The notes beneath the pieces are model-generated. The model saw nothing but the letters and a program-made list of their open reading frames with translations. It did not search any database and was not told where the DNA came from. Below are positions 12,441-23,100 of a stretch of 64,000 nt of DNA, piece by piece. This stretch comes from Squalus acanthias (Eukaryota). The position numbers and the translations under genes are program-made. The stretch covers positions 166,720,001 through 166,784,000 of the forward strand of contig CM059425.1 in the NCBI GenBank assembly GCA_030390025.1, in the 5' to 3' direction. The stretch's first letter is position 1; the number at the start of each line of letters is the position of its first letter.

Positions 12441-13904
12441 CTTCGAAATAGTGCCATGGGAGCAGAGGCAAGGGTGCTTCCAACTGAGCCACTGGCTGAC
12501 ACTCCAGTGCAGTACTGAGGGAGTGCTGCACTGTCGGAGGTGCCGTTGTGTTCCCCCCATGACCTGGATCCAGTGCCGCAAGAAGTTTAATGACCTCACA
12601 CTAGTGGTCAAGGTGAGTGAATGCATCTTCAAATGCCATATCTCACCAACTGCAGCACTAGCCTCACACACTGCTCAATGCACCACACCCCCATCACTCA
12701 CCTACCAACAATCTCTAGCAATCACGACTCATACCTCACAATCATAGCTTCACCTCACCCTCACACACTTTCCACTGCTGCAAGCCTCACACCCACATCT
12801 TACACCTTGCATACACTGCCAGCTATTCAACCATGACAGGCACATCACCCAAAAACACTGCACCACACTCACTGATACACTTCCCTTTCTCTTGCAGGAT
12901 AAGTGGTGCATAACAGACATGAGTAGCAGCAAACAGGCAGAGGGGAAGCCTGTCTTCAGAACCTCACTGTGCTGGAGAAGACAGTGTTGGAGATAATTGG
13001 AGGGGCCGTCATTGAGACCGTGGAGAGCGGCGAGGTTGAAAGCATTGCTGATGAAGGCATGCTCATACCTAATCCTTCTTCTCACAATCCACTTCCCCCT
13101 CATGGCACAATCTCTTCTCTCTTACAAGCTGCTGCTGGTGTAAGCAAACACACCTTGCTTTCCGCCCCCCCTCCCCTCACCACAACCCAACCCTTGTGCC
13201 TTTCTTCTTTCAGATACCCAAGAACTGCCAGCAGCCCAGCCTATCCCCATCCAAGTAGAGGAGGAGAGTGATGGAGAAGAAGAGGCATTGTCTGGCACTC
13301 ACAGGCACCAGCTCAGAAAATGGCACTGTGTGGACTTTAGAGGGTCATATAGAGGCGGAATCTGCACGTGGTGAGTCACCAGGCACGAGTGGGCTGCAGC
13401 CAGGCCAGGGGGAAAGGGTAGCTCGGGTCCCAGCTGCCCCGAGGGTGAGTTCGCATAGGGGTTCTGCTGCACAGGACTCAGATGATGACTTCGATGGGGC
13501 GGCCTTCATAAGAACTGTGATGGGCATGCACGCAGAAAAGCTTGGTGCAATAGCAGGCCTGTCAGAGAGCCTCTTGTCACTGTCAAGGAGCATGGAGAAG
13601 TCCAGCTCCAATATTGCACAGGGCTTTGTGCAAAGCTTGGAGCCAATGATTTCCAGGATGGAAGTAATGGGAAACAGTATTAGAACACTTGTGGATCCAG
13701 CCATGATGCTGGGTGTGATGGGCGATGTTGCAGCTTCCATTGCAGCACAAGCGGAAGCGACCCGACATCTGAGTACTGCAGTGGAAGCTCAGACTGCTCT
13801 CATGCAGGCTCAGCTTGCTGCCACGCAAGCTCAGACTGATACCATCGTGGTTGGGTTTACGAGTGTGGAAAGGGGCTTGCAGAGTCTCACAGCAGCCCAG
13901 CAAC

Positions 13905-14696
13905 CTGGAGGGCTCCTCCCGAGTGGTCAAGGCAGCGGAACTGTTGCTTTAGCAACCCGATGGTCTGCTCAATGCGTTTCCCCGTTATTCTCATTATATG
14001 ATTTCTGGCCATGAGTGGTGGATTTGAGGAGGGGAGTCATCAGCCAGGGGTAGAGCGGATCGCCCTTGTCTTCGAGCAGCCACCCTCAGGTTCGACGTGG
14101 TGGCTGGAAGATTGCTGGCACACCACACTGGCACAGGATGAAGGCATCATGACTGCTGCCAGGATAGCGGGCATTCACAATCATGATGTGCTGGGCGTGG
14201 TCGCACACCAACTGCACATTAAGTGAGTGAACCCATTGTGGTTGCGTTACATCTCAGGATTGATATGCGGCGCCCGCAATGCCACGTATGAGTAGTCGAT
14301 GAAGCTATGGACGGTGAATTGGGAGATGTTAGCTATGTCTCCTGCTGCAGACTGGAAGGATCTGGTGCTGAAAAAATTGAGGGCCACAGTGACCTTGAGG
14401 GCCACTGGCAGCGCAGTCACTGCCCTGCTCTGAGGCTGCAGGTCTGGTTCCAGGAGGTGGCAGAGTTCTGAGACCACATCCTTGGTGAAGCGGAGCCTCT
14501 GAATACACTGCTCCTGGATTAAGTGCAGGTAGGAGAAGTGCTCTCTGAAGACCCGAGGTGGGTAAGGCCTCCTGCTGAGTGCCCTCCTGCCCCTCCTCCT
14601 CCTCCCTCTGTGAGCAGCTTGTCCTCTTCTTTGCTGCCTCTGCTCCATCTCCCTGTCACGCACCAGCGCGAGTAGAGACCCCATGACTGGGAGCAA
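13905..14696 (-). pseudogene. Harbinger DDE transposase (HARBI1 family), deleted and decayed
   Basis: RRPYPPRVFREHFSYLHL...RLRFTKDVVSELCHLL...KVTVALNFF. A remnant IEQTIGLLKQQFRCLDHSGGA lies near 13910-13975. Confidence 0.85.
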
Positions 14697-16260
14697 GTGG
14701 TCTGAGAAGAACCCTTGAATTCAGAAGCAAGGCCTTCTCCACTTGCAGCACCACTCCCTGTCACCTCACCAACTTTAAATAACTGTAGAAATCTCCAAAC
14801 AGTTGCACAAAATTACATAGAGACAGTAGAAATCAAAAAGCAATTCACCTGCAAGTTGTTGATGATCCCTTTAAATACCACTGGTGCAGGGTACCTCGTG
14901 CAGCTGAACACACGTTCGTGTTTAGGAGAGGGCATTGAATGGAGTGGCAATGCCCAAGATGGCCGGTCGTGCGTCAAATCATCGTTGCACACTGATTGAC
15001 ATCTCGATCTGACTGATTAGCATTTTTCTCGCGAACGCATGCATTATCCGCGCTGCCGACCTGCTGAGGCGGAAGCGGCCGGAAGCGGCCAGAAGCGAGG
15101 CAACTGCCATTTTTATGCCGAAACTGGCCTTAACAGCCGGCGCTAAGGTGCCGAATTTCATAGCCTCAATGTTTAAAATAAAATGATTTAAAAATGAAAA
15201 TATCTTTTAAATCTCAAAGGGCAATACTTTCTCAGATCTGGATGTTAGGGTTGAGTAAAAAACACAGTAAATTGGTGACTTTGTTAGAAACGGGAAACGT
15301 CTCGGGAATGTAAGAAATTCTGTGGGGCCAATTTTCGTCTCGTTACTGCCCAGTCTTTAGGTCTAAATGAAGCGGAACCCTCTCATTCTAATTTTTGGGC
15401 AGTGCTCGATGTAGGTGGTCAACGCTCCTGTTGGAAACCGCTTGGAGAATCATTAATGTGTACACATAGGGGTCAAATGACATTGTCAGGACCCAAGCGG
15501 CACTTTTTGTGTCAATCAGCGCTGCCTCAGCTGTTTCTTCAACCTGCCCACAAATCATGGACAGTACTGGGCAAGAGGTGGTCGTTTCCAGTGCTTGGGG
15601 TCGTCAACTATGGTTGGGCATTTTCCTGGAAGTTTCATTATATGACCTCCTATCTCCAACTGCCTCGCCCAGTCAAACAGCCTTTTTTCTCTCCATCTCC
15701 AATATTCTTATAACTATAAACAATAGTGTTCAAAGAAAATGAAAAAAGCCCACAAGTTTTTTAATGCCCCTATGATTTTTCTCCCAGGTTGGTCACATCA
15801 GTGTCCGGGAGATTAATTTTTAATTCCTGGAGACACCAGGACAATCTGGAGGGTTTACAACCCAACCAGTGTTACTTAGAGGAATCCTCACATAGAGTCT
15901 TAGGGGTAGAAATTAGGTCGCGCCCCATTTGGGGCGCAAATATCGTCCGAGCGCAAATATTAGCGCCTGGCGCTAATTATCGGCACTGACAGGAAACTTC
16001 ACTTTTGCCGCCCCGGGAGGTGAGTGGAGCGGTAAATTAGGCGCTGCACACCTCTCTTAAGGCGCAAAGGCCTAGGAGTGAGGCGCTACCTCAGCGCACG
16101 AGCGCAGCGCAGCTGCTGCCAGTTAGTGAGGGAACACAGACACACTGGCGCCGGACACTTCTTAAAGCGGGGGGGGGCCACTTGCTCCCCAGCCACACCC
16201 TGCTCATTGCAGCCTTGAATCTCAGCCTGGAGAGACCTGTAATCCATTTTGCTGCCAAGC

Positions 16261-18192
16261 ATGGAGAGGGTGAGAGAACGCGCTCATCGCTTCACCGAGC
16301 GGGCCTTGGATGCTCTGGTTGACGCAGTGGAGCGCAGACGATGCATGCTGTTCCCGGAGAGTGGCAGGAGGCCTTTGCCACGCGAGTTCAGAAGAGTGTG
16401 GAGGGAGGTGGCTCAGAGCGTCTCCTCCAGGAGCATGGTGCCCAGGACCCATGTTCAATGCCGCAAAAAGTTCAACGACCTCACTCGGGTCGTCAGGGTG
16501 AGTGGCTTTTTCTCAATACCTCTCCATCCCTCCATCTCAACCTCACTCTATGGCCAGAGGGTCTTAAAACCCCAATGCACAACACTCATGCAACACCTAT
16601 GGCCCTTTCATCAAACACACACACACATTCCACACTTTGCATACAGTAAGGGCTATTCACCTATGGGAGGCACATCAGGCAAGACCATGGCTGCATATTG
16701 TAAGGGCTATTCACCTATGGGAGGCACATCAGGCAAGACCATGGCTGCATATTGTAAGGGCTATTCACCTATGGGAGGCACATCAGGCAAGACCATGGCT
16801 GCATATTGTAAGGGCTATTCACCTATGGGAGGCACATCAGGCAAGACCATGCCTGTATATTTACTCAGATGCTGTCCTTTTTCTTGCAGGCTAAGCTGGC
16901 TCATAATCGGAGACAGCAGCAACGGACGGGTGGAGGGCGGCTTCAGCTGCAACCCCTCAGCGATCTGGAGGAGCGCGTCCACAGGATTGTGGCAAGCCGG
17001 GTGATCGGTCCCGTCGCCACTGGGGACGCCGACCCCGTTGTGGACAGCAATGGTAAGGTCATCACCTTTTTGTCCTCTGTCCTTCCACTTGTCCCTCACA
17101 ATACCAGCCTTTGACACTTTCAATCCAACTTGCTAACTCGCTGCACTTATTCCTCCCTTACTGCCACCCTGTCCTCACGCTAAAGCCACTCTTGTACCTC
17201 CCTGCTTTCAGATGGTGATTCACCAGCTGAGGAGACGGGCCCTGAAGCTGCCACTGGGAGTGATGCTGCAGCTGAGGAGGAAGAGGAAGCCGGAGCATCA
17301 GTGCCACCCTCTCCCGAGGAAGCCCATGGCCACACTGGGAACACGCCTTCCCCGGAGGGGAGCAGGGGGGAAGGGGCTGATGATGGTGAAGCTCCAGGAC
17401 CCAGCGGGCTGCAGCAACGCCATGGGGGGGGGGAGGGAAGAACGGGAGCCTTCTCCCCAGAGGGAGAGTATGCCAGACACTCCTACTGCAATGGACGCAG
17501 AGGAGGAGCGGCTGATTGCAGAAATGAACAGCCAGGCGGTGGGCATGCACACTGAGCTCATGGGTGCAGTGGGAAGGGTGCCCGAATGCATTGAGGCACT
17601 GGCAAGGAGTGTGGAGCACTTCGCTGTAGCACAGGCGGATGCCACACTAAAGCTTAGTGCTGCAATTCAGTCACTGGCTGCCAGGAACCCATCTGAGACT
17701 GCTCTCATGCAGACTCAGATTGAGGCCACGCGAGCACTGACTGCTGCCATCCTCGATGGTTCGTGCACATGTCCCCGGGGCTGTCACCGCGCCGCAGCAG
17801 GCCAGCAATCTGTTCTCCGGCAAATTGCTCCGGATGCTGAAGTGCTGCCCCGTGGGAGTGCCAGTGTGTCGGGCGAGCAGGGAGTTGCTGTCCTCTCTCA
17901 CGATGACAGCATTCCTGCTGCCAACACTGTCACTTCTCCACTGCACTTGCCACCGCCTGTAGGACAGACTGCTGCCGCCCATGCAGAGTTGGTGCAGTCT
18001 GCAGCCGGGCCCTCCAGGCCCAGAAGTGGTCGAGGCCGTCCTTCAGGGGCATCTGCAGTGTCAGGGTCTGACGAGCAGCAGCCTTCCACCAGCCTTGCTG
18101 CAGCCACTGAGGTCCCATTACGGAGGAGCAGTAGGGTTAGAAGGGGGGAAGTGCGCAAGGGAAGGAGATCACCCTCGAAGGGCAAAAAGTAG
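16261..18192 (+). CDS. Harbinger Myb/SANT (trihelix-like) DNA-binding protein; exons 16261-16497, 16890-17052, 17212-18192; single +1 frameshift in G10 at 17424-17433 (459 aa if G9)
   Basis: MERVRERAHRFTERALDALVDAVERRRCMLF...WREVAQSVSSRSMVPRTHVQCRKKFNDL|AKLAHNRRQQQRTGGG. GT-AG introns have pyrimidine tracts and compatible phases (0, 1). The C-terminus is homologous to the other copies. Confidence 0.8.
16646..16861 (+). repeat. Minisatellite, 4 x 54 bp, in Myb intron 1
   Basis: Unit gtaagggctattcacctatgggaggcacatcaggcaagaccatggctgcatatt starts at 16646, 16700, 16754 and 16808. Confidence 0.95.
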
Positions 18193-18486
18193 GAGGTGTG
18201 CCAAAATGCTGGTCATTTTTTTATTAAAGGCCGAGGTTCATGGTCCAACTTTTGTTTAGTGTTTTGGACATTATCTCCAGGTTGTGAGAACCAGTTATGT
18301 TATTGACTATTTTTTTGTGTTTATTTCTATGAGTTTGTCATGAGGAATTGACACACACACAGTTTGTAAAATAAATAAGTTTCTGTATTCAAAATATACA
18401 TGGCTGGTGGTTGGAATTATTGGTGCCTTGGCCGGCTTAGGGGTTGCGTGCTGGGTTGATTAGTGTTTGTAGCAATGGCAGGGGCC

Positions 18487-19647
18487 CTAGAAGCGGCTTG
18501 CTATTAGTCGTTGACGGACGGCCCTTGCAGTTTGACCATTGTGGGCCGCCCTCCTGCCTTGGTGCTGCTGATGATCATCGTCCTCGTCCTGTTCCTCCTC
18601 TTCCTCCTCCTCCTCTGGTGGTGCTACAAGGCCTGGTGGCATTGGCTGGGTCCTGAGGATTGCCATGTTGTGCAACATGCAGGACACAACTACGAAGTTC
18701 GAAACTTGCTCAGGCGAGTACTGCAGGGCTCCTCCGGAATGGTCCAGACAGCGGAACCGTTGTTTCAGCACGCCGATTGTGCGCTCAATAATGTTCCTGG
18801 TTGCTTGATGGCTTTCCTGGTACCGCAGCTCAGCAGGGGTGTTTGGCGTACGGAGCGGTGTCATCAGCCAGGTGCTCAATGCGTACCCCTTGTCCCCCAG
18901 AAGCCAATCAACTGGCTGTGTCGGTGCCTCGAAAAGTTCTGCCACAGTAGTCTGGCGCAGGATGAAAGCATCGTGGCAGCTGCCCGGATAGTGGGCATTG
19001 ACAGCGAGTATCACCTGTCTGTGGTCACAGACCAACTGCACATTCAAGGAATGGAACCCCTTTCTGTTCCTGAATTCCTCTGCATTCTCTCGCGGAGCAC
19101 GCAAAGCCACATGCGTGCAGTCAATGGCGCCCTGCACCATGGGGAAGCCCGCTACCCTCGCAAAGCCCATAGCACGGTCATGCTGCTTGTCTGGGGTCAT
19201 AGGGAAAGAGATGAAGTCTCGTCTCCTTCTGAAGAGGGCATTGGTGACCTGCCGGATGCAGCGATGCACCGCAAACTGGGAGATATTGGCGAGGTCCCCA
19301 ACAGCAGCTTGGAATGAGCCAGTGGCGTAGAAGTTCAAAGCCACTGTGACCTTCACTGCCACCGACAGAGACGTCCTGGACCTCAGCTGAGGCTGCAGAT
19401 CTGGCTGCAGCAGGTGGCAGAGCTCAGTGACCACCTCCTTGCTGAATCGCAGCCTTCGCAAACACAGCTCCTCGGACATATGGATGTAGGAGAGCTGTTC
19501 ACGATATACCCTGGGAGGGTAAGCTCTCCTGTACATGCGCCTGATGGCCCTCCTCCGTCTGGCCATCATTGCCACTCTCTGTCTGCGTCTCACTATCCTC
19601 CGATTCAGCTGGAGCAGGACGACGCCCCCAATCATTGCAGCCCCCAT
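18487..19647 (-). CDS. Harbinger transposase (DDE_Tnp_4 / HARBI1 family), 386 aa, uninterrupted
   Basis: Motifs RLRFSKEVVTELCHLL, YATGSFQ, GAIDCTHVAL, NRKGFHSLNVQLVCD, PGSCHDAFIL, LLGDKGY, WLMTP, RNIIERTIGVLKQRFRCL and CMLHN, then an acidic C-terminal tract. Confidence 0.95.
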   Translation of the reverse strand: MGAAMIGGVVLLQLNRRIVRRRQRVAMMARRRRAIRRMYRRAYPPRVYREQLSYIHMSEELCLRRLRFSKEVVTELCHLLQPDLQPQLRSRTSLSVAVKVTVALNFYATGSFQAAVGDLANISQFAVHRCIRQVTNALFRRRRDFISFPMTPDKQHDRAMGFARVAGFPMVQGAIDCTHVALRAPRENAEEFRNRKGFHSLNVQLVCDHRQVILAVNAHYPGSCHDAFILRQTTVAELFEAPTQPVDWLLGDKGYALSTWLMTPLRTPNTPAELRYQESHQATRNIIERTIGVLKQRFRCLDHSGGALQYSPEQVSNFVVVSCMLHNMAILRTQPMPPGLVAPPEEEEEEEEQDEDDDHQQHQGRRAAHNGQTARAVRQRLIASRF

Positions 19648-19842
19648 ATTCTCTTTGCCAGAAAAGTAATGAGGTACAGCAACTAAAGTAGCAACAAAGT
19701 TAGGATGAACTAGGCAAAACTACCTCACAAAGCGTTGAGTCAATGTAGAAGTCTCTCTCTCTCTCTCTCCGAATCTCTCTCTCTCTCTCAGAACGAGTGG
19801 TGCATAAATGTCGACCACAGAAAAAGACAGGAAGAGGCCCCC

Positions 19843-19850
19843 TTTAAATA
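19843..19850 (-). promoter_or_regulatory. Putative TATA box of the transposase gene
   Basis: TATTTAAA on - about 200 bp upstream of the ATG. It recurs at the equivalent place in other copies (about 14870, 20628, 28817, 48931, 61746). Confidence 0.5.
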
Positions 19851-20159
19851 GCGCCCCCCCCAGCCCCACACCGATTGATAACGTTCCAGTCTTCCGGTCG
19901 TTGGAAGCGCCAGGCGGTAAGGCAGGGGGCGCCACTCAATTTCCGCTCCGGGGCGCCCCAAGGGCGTTGCACCATGGAATGACGTCACAATCTGCGCGCG
20001 CAGGTGGTCGCAGCGGTAAGTTTTAGCGCCGCCGCACAATCTCAAGTTAAGTTCTCGAGCGGCGCAAACAGCGCTGCGCCCGGGCGTTAGCGGCTTAACG
20101 CCCCATTAGCGCCCTCTTAAGGCGCTAACGGGAGGTGCAACCAAGTGAATTTTTCCCCC

Positions 20160-23100
20160 ATAGAGTCATAACGGCACAGAAGGAGGCCATTCGGCCCATC
20201 AAGTTTGTGTCGGCTCTCTGTAGAGCAATCCAGTCAGTCCCATTCCCCCGCTCTATCCCCGTAGCCCTGCAAGTTTATTACCCTCTAGTGCCTATCCAGT
20301 CTCCCCTTGAAAACATTGAGGGGTAAAAATTCACTTGGTTGCACCTCCCGTTAGCGCCTTAAGAGGGCGCTAATGGGGCGCAAAGCCGCTAACGCCCGGG
20401 CGCAGCGATGTTTGCGCCGCTCGAGAACTTAACTTGAGATTGTGCGGCGGCACTAAAACTTACCGCTGCGACCACCTGCACGCGCAGATTGTGACGTCAT
20501 TCCATGGTGCAACGCCCTTGTGGCGCCCCGTAGCGGAAATTGAGTGGCGCCCCCTGCCTTACCGCCTGGCGCTTCCAACGACCAGAAGACTGGAACGCTA
20601 TCAATCGCTGTGGGGCTGGGGGGGGCGCTATTTAAAGGGGGCCTCTTCCTGTCTTTTATTGTTGGTGGCATTTTTGAACTACGCATTCTGAGAGAGAGAG
20701 GGAGAGACTTCTGGAGAGATTCAACGTTGTGTGAAGGAGTTTTGGGTACTGAGCAGCACTTTGCAGGTTCATTTTGATTTGTCATTCCTTGTATCGATTT
20801 AGCAGAGACTGTGGGAGCTGCACTCTGAGCTCTTTGCCTGGTACTTTCCATTGTTCTTTCCAGCACATTTGATGTGCAAGTCTCTCCAGGCCGAGATTCA
20901 AGGCAGCAATGAACAGGATGTGGATGGAAAGCAAGATTAACCATCCCCTTTAAGAACTGGCCCGGGCCATTGTGTGTGTGTTCCATTGCTGACTGACATT
21001 ACATGAGCTTCGCCAGCGCTCCGAGTTAGCGCCTCACTGCTCGGCCTTTGCGCCTTAAGAGAGGTGTGCAGCGCCTGCTTTAGCGCTCCACTCACCTCCC
21101 GGGGCGGTAAAAGTGAAGTTTCCTGTCAGTGCCGATAATTAGCGCCAGGCGCTAATATTTGCGTCCGGACGATATTTGCGCCCCAAATGGGGCGCGACCT
21201 AATTTCTACCCCTGAGTGTCTCCGCTTCCACCACTGCCGTCGGCAGCGAGTTCCAGGTCCTCACCACTCGTTGCGTAAAAAAGTTTTTCCTCACATTCCC
21301 CCTGTATCTCTTGCCCAAAACTTTAAATCTGTGTCCCCTAGTCCTTGTACCAGAAACTAGTGGAAACAGCCTTTCCCCGTCTAGCCTATCCAAACCCGTC
21401 CTAATCTTGTACACCTCTATCAAATCACCCCTCAACCTCCTTTGCTCTAATGAAAACAAATCCAGGTTCTCCAAATTGTGCTTGTAGCTAAGATCAACCA
21501 TCCCTGGAACCATATGATAAATCTCCTCTGCAGCCTCTCAAGTGCCTTCACATCCTTCCTAAAGTGTGGTGACCAGAACTGGACACAATACTCCAGTTGT
21601 GGTCTGACCAGCGCTTTATAAAGGTTCAGCATAACTTCTCTACTTTTGTACTCAATACCTCTATTTATGAAACCCAAGATCCCATGTGCTTTGCTAAACA
21701 CTCTCTCACTATGTCCTGCCACCTTCAGGGATCTATGCACATTAACTCACAGGTCCCTCTGTCCCTGCACACTCTTTAAAACTGTGCCATTAAATGTATA
21801 TTGCCTCTCCCTGTTCCTTCTGCCAAAATGCATCACCTCACACTTCTCTGTATTAAATTCCATCTGCCACTTGTCTGCCCATTCTGCTTGCCTTTCTATG
21901 TCCTCTTGCAGTCGATTGGTATCATCATCACTGTTTGCCACACCCCCAAGTTTGGTGTCATTGGCAAATTTAGAAATTCTACTCTGTACTCCAATATCCA
22001 GGTCATTTACATACATCAAAAAAAGCAGTGGCCCCAGCACTGACCCTTGGAGAACACCACTGTCTACCATTCTCCAGTCTGAAAAACAGCCATTTACCAC
22101 AACTTGCTGTTTTCTGTCCTTAAACTAATTCCTTATCCAAGCTGCCACTGACCCACCTATTCCATGAGCCTCAGTTTTGTTAACCAGCCTTCTATGTGGC
22201 ACTTTGTCAAACGCCTTCCTAAAATCCATGTAGACAACATCCATTGGATTCCCTTCATCGATCCTCCCTGTTACTTCATCAAAAAATTCAATTAGTTTAG
22301 TCAAACATCATCTGCCTTTTACAAATCCATGTTGGCTCTCCTTAATTAGCTGAAACCTCTCCAAGTGCCCGTTAATTTTTTCCTTGATTATTGTTTCTAA
22401 AACTTTACCCACCACTGATGTTAAACTGTAGTTACTAGGATTTGTCCTTACACCCTTGTCTGCCACTTGTCTGCCCAGTGTCACATTTGCCACTTTCCAA
22501 TCCTCAGGCAACTCCCCCGCATCTAGGGAAGATTGGAAAATTATGGCAAGCCCTTCCACTATTTCCTCCCCCAATTCCCTTAGCAACCTGGGATGCAAGC
22601 CATCTGGACCAGGCGACTTGTCCACTCTAAGCATACCCAGCCTTTCTAGTACATCCTGTCTATCAATTTTCACCCCTTCCATTGCTTCGACCTTTTCCAC
22701 TGCTTCTGATATTTTGTCAGCATCCACCTTCTTAGTAAACACCGATACAAAGTACTTATTGCGTATTCTAGCCTTGCCCTGCCCCTCTAAGCATATATCA
22801 CCTTCTCTGTCTCTAATAGGCCCCAGCCCGCCTCTTACTACCCGCTTACTGTTTACATGCCGGTAGAAGATTGTTGGGTTCCCTTTTATGTTAACCACCA
22901 TTCTACTCTCATACTCTCTTTGCCAATCTTATTTTCATCTTCACTTCCCCTCTCAACTTATTGTATTTGGTCTGGTTCTCCCTTGAAGAATTCACCTGAC
23001 ATGCATCATACACCCTCTGTTTTTGTTTCATCATCTTCTCTATCTGCCTCGTCATCCAAGGAGCCCTTGCTTTGGTTCCCCTTACCCTTCCCTCTTGTTG

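Larger units (their letters stand above)
4153..13905 (+). pseudogene. Harbinger Myb/SANT-like DNA-binding protein, interrupted (exon 1a 4153-4330, exon 1b 12547-12612, exon 2 from ~12898, exon 3 from ~13213)
   Basis: MAQQGRERARRLPDAALEALV...WEEIAEAVGATC joins in frame to CVPPMTWIQCRKKFNDLTLVVK|gtgagt. Downstream exons are homologous to 16890-18192 but carry stops and frameshifts. Confidence 0.8.
3854..15165 (+). mobile_element. Old PIF/Harbinger transposon split by about 8.2 kb of nested insertions
   Basis: Left end ggaagtgaaatttgattaggcccg resembles the end at 52029. Right end is ccgaatttcatagcc. It contains Myb exons on + and transposase remnants on -. Confidence 0.75.
15903..20159 (+). 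mobile_element. Near-intact autonomous-type PIF/Harbinger transposon (4257 bp)
   Basis: TIRs GGGGTAGAAATT / AATTTTTCCCCC. Flanking trinucleotides TTA/ATA lie inside a CR1 tail repeat. CpG-rich subterminal regions flank convergent Myb (+) and transposase (-) genes. Confidence 0.92.

Noticed and set aside
15322..15720. Additional MITE remnants (also about 24110-24485 and 53430-53545)
   Set aside because: Only one plausible terminus each and no TSD, so they are too decayed to delimit.
16646..16861. Possible CRISPR array
   Set aside because: The units are head-to-tail with no unique spacers, there are no cas genes, and the context is a eukaryotic intron.
17212..18192. 326-aa ORF as a stand-alone gene
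   Set aside because: Its ATG directly follows a splice acceptor. The first ~70 codons are out of frame with the spliced Myb gene, and only the part after the G10 run is homologous to sister copies.
18511..19317. 268-aa and 311-aa (27369..28304) plus-strand ORFs
   Set aside because: They are antisense shadows of the GC-rich transposase genes and have no recognisable motifs.
18487..19647. Calling this the host gene HARBI1 and the partner NAIF1
   Set aside because: Both genes lie between TIRs with many decayed paralogous copies nearby, so they are transposon genes rather than domesticated loci.
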